A stretch of DNA of 62,225 bases, filler included, from Chiloscyllium plagiosum (lineage: Eukaryota), in the NCBI RefSeq assembly GCF_004010195.1. It is 3 parts of one record of this genome, joined end to end, with 100 filler letters (N's around TTAATTAATTAA, not from the genome) between each part and the next. Parts side by side here need not be neighbours in the genome. Positions count along the whole stretch, not along the records: positions 1 to 27,104 come from NC_057714.1; positions 27,205 to 53,839 come from NC_057714.1; 1 more part is not named here. One strand, written 5' to 3'. The notes beneath the pieces were generated by a model, which was given only the letters and a program-made list of their open reading frames with translations, searched no databases and was not told the origin of the DNA. The position numbers were made by a program, and so were the translations under genes. This document shows positions 24,231-33,505 of the stretch, piece by piece (position 1 is the stretch's first letter; every line of letters begins with the position of its first letter).

Positions 24231-25230
24231 AGATTTAGATTTATCTTTAGATTTTATTGTCATGTGTACTCGGGTCCGCGGATACAGGAGTACAGTGAAA
24301 AGTGTACAAAGTCGCCATTCTCCAACACCATCTTAGTATAAAAGACAGGATTAAAAACAGAAGCAGAAATAACAGAAACAGCCAAGTGAAAAGGACAGGT
24401 CCAGATCACTCCCCCACTTCCACCAGGAGTTCTTGCCGCGAGAAAAACGCAGGCACAAAGTCTAACCCTGAGTTAGCCCAGAGTCCCTGCTCACCGCTGC
24501 AGCCTGAACACTAGCACCCTCGCCGTCAAATACCTGAGGCTCCATGCCCAGTCAGGGCCCACCGCCACCACTGGAGCCACACCGTTACTCTTTGTCGCCA
24601 TCTTGCCTCCACAGACGTTGTCACCATGAGTCCATGCCGAGCAAATCTGGGCAATGCAGCCACAGCTGAAACAGCCAGGAGCCAAACTGGGTTCACAACC
24701 AATGCTGGGGCCAATCAGGCTGAAGCAGTCAGTGCTCCCTCTGGCTTACATCGCAGCCTCTGCCCCTCACCTGGGACCACCAGTTCAGCAAAGGAACCTG
24801 CCACTGCCGGCCCCACAGGAGGCTACTGCTCCCGTCATTGCCGGGATCCCGGGAATGTGACCACTCCAATTCCTGCTAACCCTCCAGGAATGGGAACACG
24901 ACCGCTCATATCTCTGTGGCCCTCCGGCAACGTGACCGCTCCCGTCTCTGTGACCCTCCAGGAATGTGACTGCTCCCGTCTCTCCGACCTTCTGGGAATG
25001 GGACCATTCCCATCCCTGCTGACCCTCCAGGAATGGGACCGCCCCCAATCCTGTGACCCTCCAGCATGGGACTGCTCCTATCCCTGCAGACCATCCAGGA
25101 ATTGGACTGCTCACGTCCCTGCTAACATTCTGAGAATGGGATTGCTCCCATCCATGTTGACACTCCAGGAATGGGACTGCTCCCATCTTTGCAAACAGTC
25201 CAGGAATGTTTGCAAACTGATCCTGCCAAG
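24231..25230 (-). mobile_element. Non-autonomous retroposon-like element with Rex/Babar-type 3' tail and internal minisatellite
   Basis: Minus strand ends ttttcactgtactcc...gtacacatgacAATAAAatctaaagataaatctaaatct; GC-rich body; YY1-type CAAGATGGCG at 24605-24596. Confidence 0.5.
24820..25209. repeat. Degenerate minisatellite, 34-35 bp unit, about 11 copies
   Basis: Unit approximately ccaggaatgggactgctcccatccctgctgaccct, repeated head-to-tail. Confidence 0.88.
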
Positions 25231-25359
25231 AAAGAAATGTGGGTCATTTATCAAAATCCCCTGTTAACTTTTTCCATGACCCTCTGTCAGAGGGCTCCAT
25301 GTTAAAACATATAGAATATTGGGCTTTGTAACTGAAGGAACTGCTCACAATACTCAGTG

Positions 25360-25610
25360 CCATTTCTGCTGAATGAGTGAAGTATAGTTTTAGTGCAGGA
25401 TGAGGATGTCCTGGGACACTGCCACAAACTATGCCGGCAGCTGGAGCGGCACCTGTGGCATGAAGGAGAGGCCACGCTATCCCAATGGATGTCAAAATGA
25501 CAGCTGCACTGAACCTCTATCTGATGGGTTCCATCCAAGGACCCACTGGGGGCCTTTGTGGAATCTCTCAATCATGCACCCATAAATGTATCAAGGCTGC
25601 TTGTGCCAGA
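25360..25610 (+). mobile_element. PIF/Harbinger (HARBI1-like) transposase N-terminal fragment
   Basis: From 25470: GHAIPMDVKMTAALNLYLMGSIQGPTGGLCGISQSCTHKCIKAAC, matching the Harbinger HTH pattern AAL.F...GSFQ...GD..GISQ....RC. Stops and frameshifts upstream. Confidence 0.75.
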
Positions 25611-25629
25611 TCACACAGCTTCTCCTCAG

Positions 25630-26798
25630 GATTAGGCCATTCAGCTCCTTAAGCCTGCTTGGCCATTCAATAGCACCATGACATTCCTACATCCACTTCC
25701 CTTTTCCCATAGCTATTGGTTCCCCTACTGATCAAGAATCTATCCATCTCAGCCTTACATGTACACAAGGACCCTACACTTACAGCTCTCTGTGGCAAAG
25801 CTTTCCAAAGACTCACAATCCTCTGAGAGAAGAAATTCTTCCTCATTTCAGTTTGTTTTGGTGTCCCTTTATTCTGAAACTATGCCTCTGGTCTTACACT
25901 CCCCATGAGGGAAACATCTTTTCAGCGTTTACCCAGTCAAACCCCTTTAAGAATCCAATACATTTCATTGAGATCAGCTCACATACTTCTAAACTCTTGT
26001 GAATCAAATCCCAACCTGTTTAGCCTTTGCTCAAAAGGCAACCCCTCCAACCTGGGATCATTCTAGTAAACCTTCTCCAATGAAATTATGTCTTTCGTTA
26101 AATCAGGAGATTGTGCATAACACCAGATCTAGTCTCATCAGCAGCGTGTACAGTTACAGTAAGACTTCCCTACTCTTATACTCCAACCCCATTGAAATAA
26201 GGGCCAACATTCTATGAGCCTTCCTGATTACTTGCTGCACTTGTGTGTTAGCTTTCTGGGTTTCAAGCACTCCTGAAGGGCTTTTGCCTGAAACATCGAT
26301 TCTCCTGCTCCTTGGATGCTGCCTAACTTGCTATGCTTTTCCAGCACCACACTCTCACCCCTAAGTTCCTTTGAATTGCAGCTTTCTGCAACTTTCTCCC
26401 CATTTAAATAATAATGTTCGTTTCATCCCTCTTCCAAAACTTTTCATTTTCCCATAATATACTCTATTTGATTTAACTAACCGATTTACAGAGCGACATC
26501 GATAGATTAATTAAGTTGTTTGTATCCATCTCACAACCAATTATTTTGGTGTCATTTGCAAATTTGGTGACAGTACCTTCACTTCCTTCCTCCAAGACCT
26601 TACAATATATTGTAAGCAGTTGTGGTCCCAGCATTGATCCCTATGGAACCCCACCGGTCACATTGCTGGTCTGATAAAGAACACCTTACCCTAATCATCG
26701 CCTGTGAGCCACTTCTCTATCCATGACAATATATTACCTTGGGCTCATTTTATGAGATACCTTCTCAAATGCTATCTGGAAGTTCAAATACAACAACT
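25630..26798 (-). mobile_element. CR1 ORF2 3' remnant
   Basis: 3' end (ggccattcagc...) at about 25635; RT remnants toward 26550-26790 (KFANDTK, PQGS-like block). Confidence 0.8.
26271..26356 (+). mobile_element. Short PLE 3'-end insertion within CR1, starting at the hammerhead core
   Basis: tcctgaagggcttttgcctgaaacatcgattctcctgctccttggatgctgcc...ttttccagcaccacactctc. Confidence 0.8.
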
Positions 26799-27104
26799 TT
26801 GAGTGCAAGCAGCAGCTAAGGTAAGACAATTTGTTTTAAAATTACTTATCGGTAGCGGGCAGCGGTGTTTTTTTCTCTCTTTACAGAAAGAGCGGGAGCA
26901 GCAGGGGGAAGTGACGAAGACCAGAGGGGCAGCCGGGTAGGTTTTTTTTCCCTTTAAAAGCGCGCAGGAGAAGAACCCGAGGCACTACAGAGGTAGTGTC
27001 TCCCACCCGCCCTCCTCCTCTAACCTAAATAATAAGACCCGTTGTGGTAAGTAGGTAAGTGCTGCATTTTGCTTGTTGTATTCTTTAGACTCAGTTTTTT
27101 TTAG
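26799..27104 (+). mobile_element. 5' UTR of a young CR1 copy, cut by the gap
   Basis: CpG-containing, several GTAAG motifs; shares the hairpin + CCTCCTCCTCTAACCTAAAT box with the CR1 5' UTR at 60622-60890. Confidence 0.7.
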
Positions 27105-27204
27105 NNNNNNNNNNNNNNNNNNNNNNNNNNNNNNNNNNNNNNNNNNNNTTAATTAATTAANNNNNNNNNNNNNNNNNNNNNNNNNNNNNNNNNNNNNNNN
27201 NNNN
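27105..27204. other. Artificial scaffold linker (44 N + TTAATTAATTAA + 44 N)
   Basis: Exactly 100 nt with a central palindromic six-frame stop; identical to the second gap. Confidence 0.97.
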
Positions 27205-27513
27205 CCCTAGTTCCAAACTTCCAGCTCAGCACTGTCCCCATGACTTGTCCGGACTTGTCCTACCTGCCTATCTCCTTTTCCACCTATCCACTCCACCCTC
27301 TCCTCCCTGACCTATCACCTTCATCACCTCCCCCACTCACCCATTGTACCCTATGCTACTTTCTCCCCACCCCACCCTTCTCTAGCTTATCTCTCCACGC
27401 TTCAGGCTCTCTGCCTTTATTCCTGATGAAGGACTTTTGCCCGAAACGTTGATTTCGCTGCTTCTTGGATGCTGCCTGAACTGCTGTGCTCTTCCAGCAC
27501 CACTAATCCAGAA
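27205..27513 (+). mobile_element. PLE 3' UTR with hammerhead core
   Basis: C/T-rich UTR, then CTGATGA (27423-27429)-AGGAC-tttt-GCCC-GAAAC-GTT and the gatgctgcctgaactgctg tail; one stem II mismatch. Confidence 0.82.
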
Positions 27514-28225
27514 CCAGACTAAACAGGCCTATCCCACTGCCCTTATTGAAGGAACCATATTAGCAAACATCCGGTCATCTGGCACTTCACCTGTGACCAG
27601 CGAAGTATCATCTCTCATTCTTTTAAATTCCAGTGAGTAAAACCCTAACCTGTTTAGCCTTTGCTGATTAGATACCTCCATAGTGGGGATTATTCTCCTG
27701 ATTGTCTCTGAACTGCCTCCAATGAAATGATATCTTTCCTTAAATAAGGAGAGCTGCTCAGAGTACTCCAGATTTGGCCTCACCGTGTATAGTTACAGTA
27801 GAACGTTTCTAGTCTGATACTCCAACGCCCTTGAAATAAGGGCCAACTTTCCATTAGCCTTCCTGATAATGTGTTGCACGTGTTCTACCTTTCTACATTT
27901 TGTGCACATGTATCCCCAAATCCCTTTCTGCAGTGTTTCTCCACTTAAGTTATATTCTATTCTTTCATTCTGTCTTGCAAAATGAACAACTTCATGCTTT
28001 CCCATATTATACTCCATTTGCCAACTTTTTGCCCACTTACTATTTCCTTGTTCCCCACAACTGTCTCCCCAGATTCATTTTCTTATGGGCCAATGTTACT
28101 TTAATCTCTTTCTTCCTTTTTATATATTTAAAGATGCTCTTATTGTCAGTTTTTGTATTCTTTGCCAGTTTGCTTTCATAATTTATTTTCTCTGTCTTTA
28201 TCTTTTTAGTTCTTTTTTGCTGGAT
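27514..28225 (-). mobile_element. CR1 ORF2 fragments
   Basis: RPNLEYS...RLNRLGFYSLEFKRMR and EYNMGKHEVVHF...KANGKLALISR. Confidence 0.8.
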
Positions 28226-28611
28226 GTAGCTCTAACATTGTCAATAACAGCAAAGGATAGCATCATTCATACTTACGATTCTCCAATCTTTTGCTGTTTA
28301 AGGTAATTTTCCAATTCATTTTGCAAGTTACCAATTGGATAAGCTTCCACTATTCTTTCAGACAGAAAAATCTAAATCATAATGTGGCATGAAACAAAAA
28401 TCTCCAATCTCCTAGATACTTTTCCAATTGTTTCAAATCCATGTCCTGTGATTAATGACCACCTTGGTAGTAGAAACAGTGTCTCCTTATCTACTCTATC
28501 CAAATTCCTCATAATTTTGTCACTTCTATTAAATTTCCATTTAACCTTCTCTCTGCTAAAGAGAACACCTCTGTTTTACCTGGAGCCCCCAATGAAGATC
28601 CCCATTCCATG

Positions 28612-28950
28612 ACTTGTTCATGGGATATAAATGTCATTGCCTAGGCCAGTGTTATCATCTATCTCTTAAAGCCTAGACGGCAGCTAAGAGTCAACCAAAT
28701 TGCAGGAGGTCTGGAGTCACATGTAGGCCAGACCAGTTAAGGATGGCATGTTTCCTTCCCTACAAGACATTAGTGAAACAGACGGGTTTTTATGAGAATT
28801 CATAGTCGTTACATGGTCTTCATTAGGCTAACTTTTAATTACAGTTGTTTTTTAATTCAAATTTCACCATCTGCCATGGTGGGAGTTGAAATTATGTCCT
28901 CAGAACAATAGCCTGAGGTTCTGAAATGCCAGTTCAGCGACATTACCGTT
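28612..28950 (-). mobile_element. tRNA-derived SINE
   Basis: Homologous to 17265-17555; tRNA-like head at the high-coordinate end. Confidence 0.65.
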
Positions 28951-29214
28951 GTTCCTAGAATCTATCATTCTAAAGGAATAAAAGAATGTTTTGACAGTCC
29001 ATCTTTGAAAATTTATTTGAAAATTTCATTTTCTGGGCACCTTTTTGATTACCAGAAGATTACAGATTAAATTGCTTAAGGAATAAATTCAAAATCCACA
29101 TTAGTAAACCTAAGAGAGACTGTTACACTTCAGGTGTTATACTTGCTACAATATATAGTACAGACAATGTTAGTCTTAGTTCACTTTCACATCTGTGTCA
29201 TGAAATTACATCTC

Positions 29215-29425
29215 CATGGCCCACTCCAGAGATTTATATAAATAATCTGGATTGACATCTCAGTGCTGCAATGGGGCTGTCATATTTTTGATGATCTGCC
29301 TTCTAAGCAGAATACTGAAAATCCCATGGTTCCATTAAAAAAAATGTGAGTTCTGAGAATACTGCCTACATTTACATTGGCTGCACCGAATTCATAAAAG
29401 GCGCCACATAGATGCAAGTCTTCTC
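29215..29425 (+). mobile_element. Decayed Deu-domain SINE
   Basis: cccactccagaga...gaaaatcccatgg...ggcgccacatagatgcaagtcttc. Confidence 0.5.
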
Positions 29426-29650
29426 TGCTAATGCTTCTATTATTAATTTAATGTTAGGAATGCCTTAGGACAGCTAGTGGTGAAACATAAACTGACACTA
29501 AACAATAATATTTGATGCAGATTTCAATAGATTTAATATTTGAAATTTTAAAAAATGCAATTCTGAATACTTGAAGGAAATGGCAACACTTCAACCAAGC
29601 TGTGGCAACATTGTTGTATCTAACAACACAAAATGTATTTCTATACTTAC

Positions 29651-29731
29651 ATGTTTTCTGGACAGAGATATGACCATTTCTGAAAGGTGATGATTGTTGT
29701 GAAATGTACCCTTTTTCTTCCTGAGGTTTCC
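29651..29731 (-). CDS. INVS: Inversin short coding exon (81 nt, phase 1/1)
   Basis: T-rich tract plus tgtcAG acceptor (29733-29732) and consensus GTAAGT donor (29650-29645). In frame after IYG: GKPQEEKGYISQQSSPFRNGHISVQKT. Protein similarity is weak; the call rests on splice signals and phase. Confidence 0.75.
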
Positions 29732-30032
29732 CTGACAATTAAACAAAAAAACAAACAACTAATGCCTCGTACAAAGCTCACAAGTTCTATAAATAGCAAC
29801 TGCTACATTGCAATAATTAACGTCTTTACTCAGGTACATATTAATTTATGTATGGCATAAAATCAATGAGCCTGCTTGTACTTATTGGTTGTCTAATTTT
29901 CAGGACGCCATTCACTCTCCTGAAAGAAACAGGATAATAATTTAACGAGATTCAATCTGCCCTTTTTAATCCTTCTTCCCATTCCATGCATATATAAACC
30001 TTATTAAGATGAAATTGTTGAAAACAAGTTAC

Positions 30033-30268
30033 CATAAATTTGCTTTAACACTGAATGTTGCTTAGCCGTCCGTGCACAGGGACTCCTGTTGTTGAATGTT
30101 TGGCTGCTTTTTCTGGAAATAACATTCACGATATTGCCACTGAGATTCTTCCTCCAGGCTAGTTGAATGGTGAAGGCAGCCACCTCTTGCTTCCATGTCT
30201 TGTCATCATTGTCCCCATTCTGACGTCGGCAGCGAAGGAGCAACACCAGGGCTTTTCGTATCCTGTAA
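30033..30268 (-). CDS. INVS: Inversin coding exon (236 nt, phase 2 in / phase 1 out)
   Basis: Acceptor tatatttgtAG (30270-30269) and donor G|GTAACT (30032-30031). Joins the previous exon in frame: AWK-S-YRIRKALVLLLRCRRQNGDNDDKTWKQEVAAFTIQLAWRKNL...TAKQHSVLKQIYG. HSVLKQIYG is the conserved inversin C-terminal block. Confidence 0.92.
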
Positions 30269-30677
30269 CTACAAATATAAATACAGTACTAACACTTTTC
30301 GGAACATTACAAATTACATTTCCATGTGGCTGATCCCAAAAACCAATTTCCTATTTCCCACTTCCTCCAATAAATATCCAATTCTGAAACAAACACAAGG
30401 AACACTGAAAAAACTCAGCAGGTCTGGAAGCATGTGTGGAGAGAAACCAAGTTAACATTTTGTGTGTGGTATGCCTCTTCCCTTCTACTTTGTTTTCTTT
30501 CACACTTTTTACTCCACTGGTAGCTCATTGACCACTCTGCATATAAAATAGGTAAATGTAAATAGCTTGTGCACCTCCTCTAATCTAAATGTTATGCTGA
30601 GAATTAAAGAGTGACAACAGGAATAAGATGAAATCTTATAAGTTCACACGGTAAGCTACATTTCAGTAGCATGAATC

Positions 30678-31043
30678 ATAGAATCCCTAGAGTGTGGAAA
30701 TAGGCCATTTGGCCCAACAAGTCCACTCCGATCCTCCATAGAGTAACCTACCCAGCCCAATTCCCCCATTCTATTCTAAATTAGCCCCTGATTAATGCAC
30801 CTAACCTACACATCCCTGAACACTGGGCAATTTAGCATGGCCAATCCACCTGACCTGCACATCTTTGGATTATGGGAGGAAACTGGAGCACCCGGAGGAA
30901 ACTCACACAGACACGGGGAGAATGTGCAAACTCCACACAGACAATCGCCCAAGGATGGAATCAAACCTGGGTCCCTGGCACTGTGAGGCAACAGTACTAA
31001 CCATTGAGCCACTGTGCTGCCCAACAGAGCCACCGTGCCACCC
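30678..31043 (-). mobile_element. HE1-type V-SINE with a duplicated 5' head
   Basis: Complete A/B boxes and V-domain on minus; tandem head gagccactgtgctgccc / gagccaccgtgccaccc. Confidence 0.9.
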
Positions 31044-33225
31044 ACCAGCACAATCAGGGTCCACGCCAATGAGAGGAGGGGAATCTTCCACACCAGGTCT
31101 GTTTTAGCCTTGAGAGCAAACCTGAGAGTGTAAACAGATTCTTGTGATAACAGAAAGACCACGGACGGAAGATTTTTGTTTAATGTATAAAAATGAAATA
31201 TAAACAATATTTGTGGGAGGATAAAGATTGATGGTTTGTTGTTTTTATGGGGCAGAGTTTGAGCAGAGGTGTGGCAGAGCTGGATACAGCTAGACAGGAT
31301 ATCGGACAAAGTTTTGTTTGCCAATTTAAGAGTCTCTCCCTGAGGTTATCTGAACAAACACATTCATGAGTTCTCCTGTGGTTTTTGTAGGAAATTAAAA
31401 CCAACAATGGTGTAGTCAAGCAGGAGAATTGTACCAGGTCCTTGCGTTACCTCTGAAAAGGGGTGAGTACATTTTATTTCCCAGCCACTGAGAGGCCTAC
31501 CTGAGAAAATTCTGTCCAATTATCTCAAGAAGCTTAGGGGGGGCCTCAGGACAGAAGGTGGTGAGTAGAGGAGGCAAAGCCATGCTAGTGGGCTGTTATA
31601 CGATTGCAGACAGTAGTCAAAGCTGCACAGATTAGGCTCGACTACTTGTAAGTAAAAACGTTGCTGAAGTGTAGCGGGGAAAGTAACCCCAGAAGATGAT
31701 AAGTGGGATGGTCTTACAGGAGTCGAGATTTTATTGGTTTTGAACATCGAGAAGGAGAAGCCTCTGAAGTTAAGGTGACATTGGGATATTTAATATACAA
31801 CTGATAGATTGTTTAATGAAAATGTTAGGATCTTGGGTAGTGGAAGCAGTACTGGAAATTGCAGAGGTATGCAACAGTCATTATGAATGTGTCCTTGACA
31901 AACCTTTGAAAGAGATCATAAAAGGAACAAAAGAGTTCAGAACAAGCTAGCGTACAGTACTCATTTGTGTGCTTTATAGATGAATAAAGAAAATAACAAG
32001 CTGCAGGGATTTGTTAAAAAAAGCTGCAGGGTATAAATGGTGACTGCAGGTAAGTAGTGTACCATACAATGGCATTGTATTACACGAGTAAAAAACTGTG
32101 AGCAGACCCAATGCTGCAACTGGATATACTGGGTATTGATTTATAAATGGAACATAAAACAGACTTCTCCCCTGATTTAGCTAAAATCAAATGTGTCAAG
32201 ACCAGACAGCAGCTGTAAGTATTACCTCATAAAATGAGGTAATTAACCTTGGAAACATAGTTCACGATGCTTCCCCATCAAAGGGGATTCCGCAAACATC
32301 ACAGATTCAAAATAGGCTTGATCAAAAGAGTTTAACAAGTGATTTTTTTTTCTGTGAATAGCATTGACCTCCATTTAAATAGTAAGCTTCTAAGTGCTGT
32401 AAAAATGAATTTTTTGCGGTGGTGAAGTTCGACATATTCCAAAACCAACAGACAAACTGGAGTTTAGCATATAATCAATTTCAACATACATGCATTTGTT
32501 CTCGCTTGCAGGAGAAAAAAATATAAATAGGAGTGAGAAAAACCTAAAACAAAGTGTGAAATATTACAATAAGATGTCATTGGGAAAGTAGTTTACCCTG
32601 TCTCTTTCAGAACAGCAGAGAATAAACTTTTTCTGTTGACAGCGTTTTAAAATCTTACCTCCCGTTCCATGTGGCTAATGTTTGATTTTGGACAAGACTG
32701 GGTTTTGGTTTCTAAATTTACAAAAATGATCAGATGTTACAAACTCATTGGGCTGTGAACCAAAGCCATAGTGGTTTTTATTTTTGTAACTTCAATAGAT
32801 CTGAAGAAGCACCTGGTGATACAGCAAAAGGCCTAGGAGCCTTGCAGATAGCCTTGCATATTCAAGGATTTATCTATGGACCTCAAAACAAAAGACTTTC
32901 ACAGAGTTGGCCTGTACTAATCAGGCCATTTGCTTTCTTTACAGAAAACTACCAAGCCCAGGCATAAGTGTTTCTGAAATTGAGATTAATAAAACATCAT
33001 TTAATTTGCATAAAAAAAGGGGAAAGATTGTTTGGGAATAAATCAATTGATCAATAATAAACCTGTCAGCCCAACAACACTGCCAAGCCTGTACTTAACA
33101 AAAAAAGGCAAAGAGTATTGTTGCCACATTTAAATTTGGAATAATTTTAAAAGAAGGGAAAGTTGAGCATAATCTACAAAGTTACTAAGTATGTAAATTA
33201 GCTCACTGAGCTTGAAGGTTTGTTT

Positions 33226-33265
33226 TCAGACGTTTCATCACCATTGTAGGTGACATCATCAGTGA
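33226..33265 (-). ncRNA. Minimal type-I hammerhead ribozyme, intact core, in a solo PLE pLTR fragment (about 33199-33280)
   Basis: Minus strand: TCA-CTGATGA-T-GTCACC-tacaat-GGTGAT-GAAAC-GTC-TGA. Stem I TCA/TGA, 6-bp stem II, loopless palindromic stem III, GUC cleavage triplet. Confidence 0.8.
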
Positions 33266-33465
33266 GAGTCTCTGGTGAAAATTTTAGGAAAATTTGTATT
33301 TTTTAATGTTTGGAACCACATAGTAACTTTTGATCTCTGTTTTAAAAATATTATGAAAACTTTTTTCAAAGAAATTGGACAGTATAGTTTCTCTGAATCT
33401 GAATCAGATAGAATGATGATTAATGGGATGTTGTGGTTCTGTTCGCCGAGCTGGGAATTTGTGTT

Positions 33466-33505
33466 GCAGACGTTTCGTCCCCTGTCTAGGTGACATCCTC
33501 AGTGC
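33466..33505 (-). ncRNA. Minimal type-I hammerhead ribozyme, left pLTR
   Basis: GCA-CTGAGGA-T-GTCACCT-agac-AGGGGAC-GAAAC-GTC-TGC on minus. Confidence 0.78.

Noticed and set aside
24820..25209. Regular 34-35 bp periodicity resembling a CRISPR array, with 213-aa and 133-aa ORFs over it
   Set aside because: The whole unit is repeated with scattered decay and there are no unique spacers or cas genes. The context is eukaryotic, and the ORFs reflect GC-rich repeat sequence.
27149..27160. TTAATTAATTAA palindrome as a biological motif
   Set aside because: It sits centrally in N-runs in both gaps and is an assembly linker.
28270..28330. Perfect GTAAGT donor on minus, suggesting another INVS exon
   Set aside because: The upstream sequence (ELENYLKQQKIGE) resembles a CR1 C-terminal remnant and has no clear acceptor.
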